Positions 1-8,377 of a DNA stretch of 63,299 nucleotides are shown piece after piece (the first letter of the stretch is position 1; each line of letters starts with the position of its first letter). The stretch comes from a virus (Duplodnaviria > Caudoviricetes), in the IMG/VR virus record IMGVR_UViG_3300009678_000063, positions 1 to 63,299 of that record; one strand, 5' to 3'. The notes below the pieces were generated by a model. That model had not been told where the DNA came from, searched no databases, and saw nothing but the letters and a program-made list of their open reading frames with translations. A program made the translations under genes and the position numbers.

Positions 1-16
1 CATGAGCCGAAACAAC
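1..16 (+). repeat. Terminal direct repeat / circular assembly overlap (copy at 63284-63299)
   Basis: CATGAGCCGAAACAAC is identical at both ends. Confidence 0.95.
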
Positions 17-65
17 TTGCGGCTCAGTACAATCTTAGGGGTCTCCTCAACGGGAGCCGTAAAGG

Positions 66-395
66 TCATGGTATCGCTCCGCAGACTACACAGAGTACCG
101 CTTCTCCGCTGATGTGGGGACCGGTAAATGTCTGCCAGTTGTGGTCGTGGTTTGAGCGCTTACGGGCGTCCGATAGAGTGTCAAACAGCGCGAATAGGTG
201 CTTCCCCTGCTCATGCGCATCGTAGAGCAGGCCCTTGTCCACGGCCCTCACCAGCGAATCTAGCGACTCGCGGTACGGAGCGGCAGCCTGCTCTTCGATT
301 AGTGCGACCCACCCCTCCGCACGTTCCTTCGTCTCACCGCCGAACAGGCCCCGCAACCTCACGGCGTCCTTGCCAGCGTCAGTCTGCGGAAGCAT
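66..395 (-). CDS. Hypothetical protein
   Basis: 109-aa ORF in a tightly packed leftward run. Confidence 0.6.
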   Translation of the reverse strand: MLPQTDAGKDAVRLRGLFGGETKERAEGWVALIEEQAAAPYRESLDSLVRAVDKGLLYDAHEQGKHLFALFDTLSDARKRSNHDHNWQTFTGPHISGEAVLCVVCGAIP

Positions 396-397
396 GG

Positions 398-781
398 TTA
401 CTGAACGTCGATGTCGGGCAGGATGACCGAGGGCTTGAAGATGACACGGTAGTGAGCGCTACTGACATTCGCGTCGTCCAGTTGCTCAACGAAGTAGGTT
501 ACGTTATCGCTTAGGCCGAGGAAGTTTTTCTTGTAGTCGTCGGGTCCGGTCTTGCAGGTGACGGTCAACTCTCCCGTTGCGTCCCAGTTGCCTAGCGAAC
601 AGTAACCCTCGATGGTGAGCATGTATTCGCCCGTGATGCCGTTGTAGAACACGACCCGGCGCAATACCTCGAACTGGTCTGCTGCGGTGGAGATATTCTC
701 GGACACCACATCGGCGTCATTGCAGCCGGCGATAGATAGCGCCATCACGAGGCCTAGAACTAGGGTTGCGAGTTTCTTCAC
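398..781 (-). CDS. Conserved phage lipoprotein
   Basis: Signal peptide with lipobox IAG-C; RRVVFYNGIT...IEGYCS...KNFLGLSDNVTY pattern typical of a widespread phage lipoprotein family. Confidence 0.75.
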   Translation of the reverse strand: MKKLATLVLGLVMALSIAGCNDADVVSENISTAADQFEVLRRVVFYNGITGEYMLTIEGYCSLGNWDATGELTVTCKTGPDDYKKNFLGLSDNVTYFVEQLDDANVSSAHYRVIFKPSVILPDIDVQ

Positions 782-981
782 GTGTACTCCTTCTCCTGCG
801 GGTAGTCAACCGGCTCCGGGTGCTTGTCCTGCCAATGCCGGTCGGTGAGACAGGTCCTTGTGGCTCGTGCGCCGCACCCTCGGGCGCACTCGATGTTGTA
901 GTCCTGCCACAAACTCCACGGGTATTCGTGAGGCGGCCACGGAAATGCGTGTATGCCAATCCGGCACCGGAAGTCAAGCAT
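778..981 (-). CDS. Small Cys/His-rich hypothetical protein
   Basis: ATG at 981 in ORF 778..1173; overlaps neighbours. Confidence 0.5.
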   Translation of the reverse strand: MLDFRCRIGIHAFPWPPHEYPWSLWQDYNIECARGCGARATRTCLTDRHWQDKHPEPVDYPQEKEYT

Positions 982-1219
982 TCTCGACGATCCCGTGACG
1001 AGCATTGGCGTGTAGGACCCAACTGTCTCCGGGTCTAGCCTTCCAGCCGCACGTACAGCCCGTGACGACACCAGCAGAGATTCTCGGGCGGATAACGCCC
1101 GACAGCGCGTCCAAGGCCTCACCGTATCTCTCGATGAAGTCGTTCGTCGCCTGCTTGACAACCTCAGGGACATCGCTGTTCATGGGATCGTTCTCCGTTG
1201 TTGACATAAGGTCACTCAT
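974..1219 (-). CDS. Hypothetical protein
   Basis: ATGA-coupled start; CxC motif. Confidence 0.5.
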   Translation of the reverse strand: MSDLMSTTENDPMNSDVPEVVKQATNDFIERYGEALDALSGVIRPRISAGVVTGCTCGWKARPGDSWVLHANARHGIVENA

Positions 1220-1419
1220 GGCAGCGGCTCCCGCAGGGCGGCGAGGATGGCGCGGGAACATACTGAGGGATGACAGGTATGTGGTCCCCAACTGCGGTCT
1301 GCCCGATGCTTCAACCATGCCGCCGCCATCCGCTCCACGGTGGCCGGGTCGGAGAGGTCGAGGATGTCGCGCTCCCATTCCGGCTCAATGTGAATCCTGG
1401 GCTCAAACGGCTTGCTCAC
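1216..1419 (-). CDS. Hypothetical protein
   Basis: GTGA-coupled start with GGAGG RBS. Confidence 0.5.
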   Translation of the reverse strand: MSKPFEPRIHIEPEWERDILDLSDPATVERMAAAWLKHRADRSWGPHTCHPSVCSRAILAALREPLP

Positions 1420-1670
1420 GATCCCTCCACCAGTCGGCGGGCAGCGGCGAGAGCGTCGGCCATGCCTTCGGTGGCATCTTCCCATTCACCGCAGTTGTGG
1501 ACGCCTTCGATATGATCTTGCATACCGCCGGGTTCGTCCCACGCCGCCACCAGCGCCGCCAGCGCGTCGGCCTTGTCGAGCAGGGCGCGAATCTGCATGA
1601 CGGCAAAGGGACCGATATAGTCCAGATCATCGAAGTCGCGTAGCAGCGCCCGGAGTGCGGCGGTGTTCAT
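1416..1670 (-). CDS. Hypothetical protein
   Basis: 84 aa, 4-nt overlaps on both sides. Confidence 0.55.
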   Translation of the reverse strand: MNTAALRALLRDFDDLDYIGPFAVMQIRALLDKADALAALVAAWDEPGGMQDHIEGVHNCGEWEDATEGMADALAAARRLVEGS

Positions 1671-1897
1671 CCGACCAACACCGTGTAATCCTTCTCCGCG
1701 TCAGGCAACAGATACCACGCCGCTTGATCCGACTCGGCTTGTTCATGGGTTCGCTGGTCCCGACAGCAGCACAGCGGGTATGTCGAGTGGTCGCAGTCAA
1801 TCTCGCCGTTATCGTAGGCTACGGCGTCGTCATAGCACGATCCGCAGCACGGTCCTTCGTGACCGACAGGAGCCCGGAGTGCGGCGGTATCAGTCAT
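1667..1897 (-). CDS. Small Cys-rich hypothetical protein
   Basis: 76 aa, ATGA coupling. Confidence 0.55.
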   Translation of the reverse strand: MTDTAALRAPVGHEGPCCGSCYDDAVAYDNGEIDCDHSTYPLCCCRDQRTHEQAESDQAAWYLLPDAEKDYTVLVG

Positions 1898-2049
1898 CGG
1901 TCGGCCTGCGCGATGGCTGTCGGCGGGTGCCCGTAGCGGTCACATTGACAGCGCATGTAGTTGGTCCGCAGATAGACCCACCGCATCATCACGACGCACT
2001 TTCGGTGGTGTCCGTCGCGGCACGGTTCGCACTTGGGATCAGTGGTCAT
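1894..2049 (-). CDS. Small Cys-rich hypothetical protein (51 aa)
   Basis: MTTDPKCEPCRDGHH...AQADR; ATGA overlaps on both sides. Confidence 0.5.
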   Translation of the reverse strand: MTTDPKCEPCRDGHHRKCVVMMRWVYLRTNYMRCQCDRYGHPPTAIAQADR

Positions 2050-2375
2050 CGGTCGGCCTGCGCGTCGAGGATGGCGTCAATGGCGGACCTCGTTAGATGA
2101 CCAGAGTGCCCGTATCCCTCGTTGCGATCCAGCGCCGCCCGTATCCGCTCCACCGCCTCGCTCTGTCCGCGCTGGTAGGCGGCGGCGAGGGCGTCGTGGA
2201 CCGTTCCTCGGACGGCTTCCTCATAGGCAACGGGATCAGCCGCGTCTGCCTGAATCATGGGGCGCAAGAAAGCCAGCAGGTTCTCCGCCGGGTCGGTGGT
2301 GGGAGTCGTTATCAACCAATCACCGATACAGCGACCGCGGCACTCAGGCAGGTGCTCATGCCGGAGTTCACCCAT
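2046..2375 (-). CDS. Hypothetical protein
   Basis: 109-aa coupled ORF. Confidence 0.55.
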   Translation of the reverse strand: MGELRHEHLPECRGRCIGDWLITTPTTDPAENLLAFLRPMIQADAADPVAYEEAVRGTVHDALAAAYQRGQSEAVERIRAALDRNEGYGHSGHLTRSAIDAILDAQADR

Positions 2376-2740
2376 CAGTTGACGCCCTCACCGTCCGGGA
2401 GTTCCTCGAAAGACCGGGTTATCTCCGCTACAACCCGCTGTACCGCCTCGGGTGGAGCATCCTCGGTATGGATGGTGATGTACCCGTCGTACTCGGCCGT
2501 AAAGGCCGGCTCGTAGGTGCCGTCCTCGTGGGGCTCGCCCCACTCCCCCTTGATGGCCCATCCAGAGGCGTTACGTAGACCAAAGTTGTCCAACAAGTCC
2601 TCGGCGAAATGGATAACGCGCGCGTGGGGCTGTGTCTGGACGACGAGGACACCGAGCGCATTGAGCATGTCGAGGGCCTCCTGAGCAGTCTCGTCCGTCA
2701 GGCCGGGTACAGCGAGTCGAAGGGCTTCGATTGACCTCAT
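2375..2740 (-). CDS. Hypothetical protein
   Basis: 121-aa coupled ORF. Confidence 0.6.
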   Translation of the reverse strand: MRSIEALRLAVPGLTDETAQEALDMLNALGVLVVQTQPHARVIHFAEDLLDNFGLRNASGWAIKGEWGEPHEDGTYEPAFTAEYDGYITIHTEDAPPEAVQRVVAEITRSFEELPDGEGVN

Positions 2741-3363
2741 AGGTGGGTGGCTCCTAGATAGGATGATGGTTGGCTAAACACCGGCAACAGGCTCAGGTCG
2801 GGGTACTCGGGCCGGAGGTCCGGCGGATGGTCCGGCAGGGCCTCTAGCAGTTGCAGTCCGCGGGCCGCCTGTTCGGGCGTCATGTAGGCGTTCCAGCCCA
2901 TCTCCCGCACTTGGTCCTGCATGAAGGGGACCTTGCCTGTCCGACCGTCAAATCGGGCCCGCTGCAACCATTCTACCGCATTGCTGTCGTTAGTGACAAC
3001 CATGCCGCCCCGGCCGATGTTCAGAATCTTTCGGGCGTGGAAGGATAGGCACGTAAGGCCACCGTAGTGCATGCCCCGCCGGAACCTCAAGGCGCTGTCG
3101 ATGACCCGGGTTGGGAAGAGGGAGTACGAGCCCGACCACGCGTTGTCGCTCCACTTGACGGTTCCGCCGGCGCGGATGACCGACATCGGCACGGAGATGT
3201 ACGTACGCTTAGGTACCCACACTGGGAACCCGTCAACGCCGTCGTACACGAGGGACAGGAAGATGGCGCTGGTACCGGAGTCTACGGCCACGGCATACTC
3301 CGCGCCAGTGTACTCCGCTACGGCCCTCTCGAAGGAGGCTACCACGTCGAAGGCCCGGCTCAC
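2737..3363 (-). CDS. DegT/DnrJ/EryC1/StrS-family sugar aminotransferase (short, 208 aa)
   Basis: FE..VAEY.G..YAVAVDSGTSA, DSA, SFHARK (PLP lysine), GRGGMVVT. Confidence 0.85.
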   Translation of the reverse strand: MSRAFDVVASFERAVAEYTGAEYAVAVDSGTSAIFLSLVYDGVDGFPVWVPKRTYISVPMSVIRAGGTVKWSDNAWSGSYSLFPTRVIDSALRFRRGMHYGGLTCLSFHARKILNIGRGGMVVTNDSNAVEWLQRARFDGRTGKVPFMQDQVREMGWNAYMTPEQAARGLQLLEALPDHPPDLRPEYPDLSLLPVFSQPSSYLGATHL

Positions 3364-4223
3364 AGGAGTTCGGCCTTCTTCGCGAAGTCCACGAGGCCCT
3401 CAGCCAGACCAAACTCCGCCGTGAAGCCGAGGCCGCGCGCCGCCTTGGAGACGTCGTACACGAAGCGGCTCGCGTCCACCGAACGACTGTCGAGGTACTC
3501 GATGTCTGCCGTGGAGCCGAAGGCCTTCATCGCGACCTTGAGGGCTACGCTGGCGGAGATTTCCTCGCCGGTTCCGATGTTGTAGGCGTGGTTCCACGCG
3601 TCGAACTCAGCCTCAAGGGCGAGTCGGTTAGCCCGGGCGACGTCGTCGATGTAGGTGAAGTCGTTACTCTGACCGCCGCCGAACAGTTGCGGGCTCAATC
3701 CTCGCTCCATCCGATTGATGAGGTTACCGAACAGGCCGTGGTACCGCTTCTCAGGCCCATACAGGTGGGCGTAGCGCAGGATAATCCACGGCATGCTCCC
3801 GGCCATGACCAGTTCCTCGCCGAGCATCTTGGTGACGGCGTAGACGGAGTTCCCGGCCGTCGGGAAGTCCTCGGTGATGGGCGGCTCCATGGTGACGGGC
3901 ATGTACACCGAGCCGGTCGAGGCATAGACCATCGGGACATGGTGACGCTCCGCGGCCGCGACGATGTTCGCCGTGCCAACGACGTTCGTGGAATGGGCCC
4001 GCAGGGGGTCAAGGTCCGCCTCGTCAAAGCGGGCAATGGCCGCAAGGTGCAGAATCCGGTCGGGCTTCTGGACGAGAACGAAGTGCTCGACGTCCTCCTT
4101 GACGCGGATGTCATTCCCGTCGAGGATGTCGAAGTTGAGGACCGTATGGCCGTAGCCATGACCGAGGATTCTATCCGTGGCCCTTCCAACGAACCCGCGG
4201 GAACCGGTGACCATGATCCTCAC
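3360..4223 (-). CDS. NAD-dependent nucleotide-sugar epimerase/dehydratase
   Basis: TGSRGFVG Rossmann motif, HLAA, YAVTK (YxxxK), DFTYIDDVA. Confidence 0.9.
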   Translation of the reverse strand: MRIMVTGSRGFVGRATDRILGHGYGHTVLNFDILDGNDIRVKEDVEHFVLVQKPDRILHLAAIARFDEADLDPLRAHSTNVVGTANIVAAAERHHVPMVYASTGSVYMPVTMEPPITEDFPTAGNSVYAVTKMLGEELVMAGSMPWIILRYAHLYGPEKRYHGLFGNLINRMERGLSPQLFGGGQSNDFTYIDDVARANRLALEAEFDAWNHAYNIGTGEEISASVALKVAMKAFGSTADIEYLDSRSVDASRFVYDVSKAARGLGFTAEFGLAEGLVDFAKKAELL

Positions 4224-4285
4224 GAGATTCCCCCGGAGAGCACGAAGAGGCCCCCGGAAGGGCCCCTTCGGTAGTCAGTCGTCAT
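4220..4285 (-). CDS. 21-aa leader ORF over a GC hairpin, coupled to the epimerase
   Basis: GAGG RBS + ATG; stop overlaps the epimerase GTG (GTGA). Confidence 0.4.
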   Translation of the reverse strand: MTTDYRRGPSGGLFVLSGGIS

Positions 4286-4353
4286 ATGGTCGTCCTCTAG
4301 TGATTGAACCAGAGGAGTATAGCACAGGAGGACTCAGTCCTCCAACATCGTGC

Positions 4354-5037
4354 TCAGGGGAAGATGGAGTTGATGCCTGCCGTCGTATCGCTGTCCAGAG
4401 GACGGTGATAGCCGTCGTACGCATCGCCCGACATCACAGCCCTTCGACTGAGGGTCGTGCAGTACGTCGCGTTGACGGTGTACGGGCCACCGGTCAAGCA
4501 GTTAGATTCCGTCGAGTGGCCAAGGCCGAAGTAATGACCCAGTTCGTGCATAGCGATGGACCGGCCGGACGCCTTACAGTCCGTTCCGCCGAGCCACGAC
4601 CCACCGGTTGACTGTACGGTGCAGGTATGGCTAGACGTATCCCACCACGTATTCGCCATAGCGAGGCTGTTGGAGTTGACCGCGAGGCCGTAGGTGAACG
4701 GCAACCAGTTTCCGAGCGGGTCAGTGCCCGCGTGCTGGAACTGGGCGAACAACGTCGAGTCAGAGAAGTAGTCATAGTGGATGGGAATGTTCTCTGACGG
4801 AGAGCACCGCTCAACCAAGTCGAGGTCGGTACCCGATGTTAGGCTGGCGGCGACGTTTCGGAACACCGTCTTGACGCTCGCTGGAACATCGCTGTCGAAG
4901 CAATAACCATGCGTGCTATTGGCCGTGTTAGCGTGGCCGCTCAACAGGACGTAGGCCGAGGCCTGAGGAGGTCCGCCGAGAACGACGCCCACTACGAGGG
5001 CTACCGGCAGGAGTCGGGCTAGGAGTTTACGAAACAA
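4354..5037 (-). CDS. Secreted matrixin-like zinc metalloprotease
   Basis: Signal peptide ending ASA; HELGHYFGLGH (HExxHxxGxxH); AVM Met-turn. Confidence 0.8.
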   Translation of the reverse strand: MFRKLLARLLPVALVVGVVLGGPPQASAYVLLSGHANTANSTHGYCFDSDVPASVKTVFRNVAASLTSGTDLDLVERCSPSENIPIHYDYFSDSTLFAQFQHAGTDPLGNWLPFTYGLAVNSNSLAMANTWWDTSSHTCTVQSTGGSWLGGTDCKASGRSIAMHELGHYFGLGHSTESNCLTGGPYTVNATYCTTLSRRAVMSGDAYDGYHRPLDSDTTAGINSIFP

Positions 5038-5157
5038 GTTGTGTTCCCTTTCGAGGAGTGACTGACTCCGACCAGTGTACCACACGGAGGTCCTCTGCTG
5101 CAAGCACGGAAGGGTATCAGTTTCTTCACGTTTCGCCGGCGGCCCCCTTAGGGGCAC

Positions 5158-5410
5158 TTTACTTTCTAAAGCGCTCTGTTTTTCATACGTAGTATATATA
5201 CTAGTACTAGTATAAGAGTAGGAGTTCTACTCTAGGGGTACGTTCTACTATTCTACTAGACTCCCTAACCACGATTATGGTTCATTTTGAGTCTCATCTG
5301 AACCGCTAAGGGGTTCATTCTGACCAGAAGTAGGGATCAGTGATAGTAGCAAGTGGTTAGGTGTCCGGTTAGGGGGCTCAAGTCGAAGTTTGAAAATGCT
5401 TGTGTTTGGT
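5158..5410. other. AT-rich divergent intergenic region (candidate origin or genome end)
   Basis: Low GC, TACTAG/TAGTA palindromic repeats, located at the strand switch. Confidence 0.45.
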
Positions 5411-5821
5411 TTAGTGGCTAGGACCCCTCCCCGTGTTACAAGTGGGAGCGTTACAAAGGGGACCGGTGGCCACTAGTACATGATATCGGCGAGTGTGGAT
5501 TGTAACGGCCGGACGTTGTACCGCTAGCGGCCGGTTTGTAACGTCCGGCGGCCGTTGTATCGGTCCGGTCCCTGCACTCTGCGCGGCCGTTTGTAACGGT
5601 AGCGGTACCCTCGCGAGCACCTACCGCCAATGCCCCTACAACGTCACCAGACGGCCGCTACGGCCGAAGTACCCTGTCCCGGTACCATGACACTCCCGCG
5701 GGATTACGGCCGGTTTGAGCACGGATCGGCAGGGTACTTGACAAACGTCCGCCGGTGCCGATGATGGGTAGGTACACCGGTACAAACGTACAGGGTACAG
5801 GGTAGTTGAAAGGGTAGGATC

Positions 5822-6799
5822 ATGAACGTTGAAAGCGTCTTGAAGGTGACCGCGGCCGAAGGTGGCGGCACGTTTGAAAGGTCCGGCCGTTTGTATCGTC
5901 CGGCCGGTGGCTACATGGTCGGCGCTCATCCCGGCACGTACCGGATTGTCCCGGCCGATGACGTGGCCACTATGGCGGCCGCACTCGCCGATGTACTCCG
6001 GGATTATCCCGGCGCCATGGTAGGTACGTGGCTACAGGGTACGGCCGTGCACGTTGACCCGGTACTCCACGTGGCGGACCTTGTAACGGCCGTTACAATC
6101 GGCCGGCGCAATGGTCAACTCGCCATATGGGACGTGGCGGCCGGTACCGAACTCCCGCTCGATGGGTACGTGGCCAACCTTGTAACGGCCTACTCCGCCG
6201 CTACAACGGACGAACTCCGGACCGGCCGCGATTGGTACCCTTCGGCCGCGAGGATGGTCCGGACCATATCCCGGCGGACCGGCATCGGCCGCCGAAGGGT
6301 AGCGCTAGCGGTGGCGGCATTGTCGCCACGTAATCCGTGGCGGTGGAACATACAGGACACGGCCGCACTCGCCACGTTTGTAACGGCCGGTGCCGAAGGT
6401 ACTCCGCCATCCGTTACAACGTTCAACGGGAACCGGGACCTTGCACTCCGGTACTTGCAAGGTGCGGCCGATTGGTCATCTTCGGCGCCGAAGGTCCGGG
6501 CGTTCGTGGCCAACATTATGGGCGATACAACGGCCGTCACCGTTGACGTTCACGCTACAAGGTGCGCCACCGGCGGCACGTTGAACCATCCGCGGACCGA
6601 CCGGGAGTATGATGCAATCGCCGAAGCGTACCGGACCGTTGCGGCCGCGGTCGGCGAGACGCCGCGGGAACTGCAAGCGGTATTGTGGCTAGTGGCCATC
6701 CGGGAGCACGGCCGCATCGGCCGCGTGCAAGCGTGCAAGCGCGGCACGTTTGACTACATCCGCCGGGCGTTCGGCGAGACTGTTGAAGGTGCAAGGTGA
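5822..6799 (+). CDS. Two-domain early protein (N-term SAM-lyase-like? C-term helical DNA-binding/HhH-like)
   Basis: GTW...VD...GRRNGQLAIWD N-domain; G.DWY...AALSP...W.WN...VTVDVH...LQAVLW C-domain seen in phage early proteins. Confidence 0.55.
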   Translation: MNVESVLKVTAAEGGGTFERSGRLYRPAGGYMVGAHPGTYRIVPADDVATMAAALADVLRDYPGAMVGTWLQGTAVHVDPVLHVADLVTAVTIGRRNGQLAIWDVAAGTELPLDGYVANLVTAYSAATTDELRTGRDWYPSAARMVRTISRRTGIGRRRVALAVAALSPRNPWRWNIQDTAALATFVTAGAEGTPPSVTTFNGNRDLALRYLQGAADWSSSAPKVRAFVANIMGDTTAVTVDVHATRCATGGTLNHPRTDREYDAIAEAYRTVAAAVGETPRELQAVLWLVAIREHGRIGRVQACKRGTFDYIRRAFGETVEGAR

Positions 6800-7143
6800 C
6801 CGTTACAACGCGGCACGCGGTAGAACGGACGTTTGAACGGGTCGGTGCCGCCATCGGTACCGAACTCGCCGAACGTCTGGCGGCCGCGGTAGAATCCTAC
6901 GCCGCCACCTGCCGACCGTTTGAGTCGGTGGCGGTACTTGTAACGCGGACACCGTTCATCGGTACCGCGTGGTCGGACCAGTCCAACGGCGATTGCCTCG
7001 TGGCCATCGTCCGGGGCCGGTCCGTTGTAACCCTAATGTTCCGGCGCCGGAGTCAACCGTTCAACCGGCAAGCGCTGTCGGTGGACCGGGTGGCCACGCT
7101 CGACAATCCTCGCGACAGTCAACCTGTCGCGGGAGCACGGTAG
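6796..7143 (+). CDS. Hypothetical early protein
   Basis: GTGA-coupled; T.HAVER motif. Confidence 0.6.
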   Translation: MTVTTRHAVERTFERVGAAIGTELAERLAAAVESYAATCRPFESVAVLVTRTPFIGTAWSDQSNGDCLVAIVRGRSVVTLMFRRRSQPFNRQALSVDRVATLDNPRDSQPVAGAR

Positions 7144-7171
7144 ACTAGTGGAAATGTTGAAAGGAACTGAA

Positions 7172-7525
7172 ATGCTTACATCCCGAACCTACACCCTGAA
7201 CCACGCGAACCGGTACCACGGCCGCGAGGGTCATGAACTCCCGTTTGAACTCTGCCGCGACTACGATTGCAAGTGGGTGCGTGCCTACCTTGCCGACCGC
7301 GGGGACTGCACCTACGGCGACCTGTACATCCTCGCCGACGGGCCGTGCCACGAGGCCCCCGTTGAAACCCCGGAAGTTACAACTCCGGAAGTTGAAACCG
7401 AACCGGTCTGCGTTCACTGCTCGAACGGCATCCGCCGCACCATCTTCGGTGAGCACGAGTGGGACGATGACGATGGTTCAAACCCCTACCGCCGCCCCTG
7501 CACCACCCCGAAGGAGAACCGATGA
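7172..7525 (+). CDS. Cys/His-rich hypothetical protein
   Basis: AAGGA RBS + ATG. Confidence 0.55.
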   Translation: MLTSRTYTLNHANRYHGREGHELPFELCRDYDCKWVRAYLADRGDCTYGDLYILADGPCHEAPVETPEVTTPEVETEPVCVHCSNGIRRTIFGEHEWDDDDGSNPYRRPCTTPKENR

Positions 7526-7746
7526 CCACGGTTGTAACTCAGACCCTCACCTACTCCCGGCAGCGGCGCCGGTCCGCCATCCTCGTGGACGGCGTTCACC
7601 GGGTCGAGGTCGCCGACGGGCTCAGCGCGGAGACCGCGCACCGTATGGCCGTCCTGCTCACCGTAGCGGGCGCCACCATCACCGGCCCGGGCCGTCTCCG
7701 GATTGACGGCCACGGTTTCAACTTCACCGTTACAACGGAGGAATAG
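7522..7746 (+). CDS. Hypothetical protein
   Basis: AAGGAG RBS. Confidence 0.6.
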   Translation: MTTVVTQTLTYSRQRRRSAILVDGVHRVEVADGLSAETAHRMAVLLTVAGATITGPGRLRIDGHGFNFTVTTEE

Positions 7747-7751
7747 TTACA

Positions 7752-8165
7752 ATGCGACTGCAACACTTCACCTACCGCCGCACCTACCGGCCGACCACCG
7801 CGGGCATGGACTCGTGGGACGACGCCATGACGGACGCGTACCGGGCGGCCCGTTTCAACTTCCCCGATGACCGCATCCTCGTGACGCCGCACCACCAGAC
7901 GCCGACCGGGCGCCTCGTGGTCGAGGTCGAGGTCTGGCGGGTGACGCCGGAACTGGCCGGGTGCGAACTGTGCGCCGACCGGTACGCCTACCGTCGCGGC
8001 GCCGAAGCGCTCCGTGCTGACGCGCAGGGGATACCGTTCGCCGACCCCACCGGGGCATGGCGCCTCGACGCCGCGGCCCGCGACCTCGACTTCCACAAGC
8101 ACGCCGTTACAATCGGCGGCAGCCTCGTTGAAATGCCCGACGGCGAACTGCTGGTGACCCGATGA
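7752..8165 (+). CDS. Hypothetical protein
   Basis: GGAGG RBS. Confidence 0.6.
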   Translation: MRLQHFTYRRTYRPTTAGMDSWDDAMTDAYRAARFNFPDDRILVTPHHQTPTGRLVVEVEVWRVTPELAGCELCADRYAYRRGAEALRADAQGIPFADPTGAWRLDAAARDLDFHKHAVTIGGSLVEMPDGELLVTR

Positions 8166-8377
8166 CCCGTTACAACGACGAGCGTGCGGCGTGGTCCCGC
8201 ATGCGGGCTGAGGGCGACCGGGCCGACCGGATGTACCTGACCGCGACCGACCTCAGCGAGGCCGACCCGCGCGTACGGCCGGAGCCGTGGCTCGTGACCC
8301 TGAACCGGGAGCGGGACGGCGAGGACCCGGGCGTCATTCGGGAGTGGTTGACCGGTACGGTAGACTTCTCGTCATGA
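8162..8377 (+). CDS. Hypothetical protein
   Basis: ATGA coupling. Confidence 0.55.
   Translation: MTRYNDERAAWSRMRAEGDRADRMYLTATDLSEADPRVRPEPWLVTLNRERDGEDPGVIREWLTGTVDFSS

Noticed and set aside
1-16. Biological terminal repeat
   Set aside because: It falls inside an ORF that reads through the junction, so it is more likely an assembly overlap
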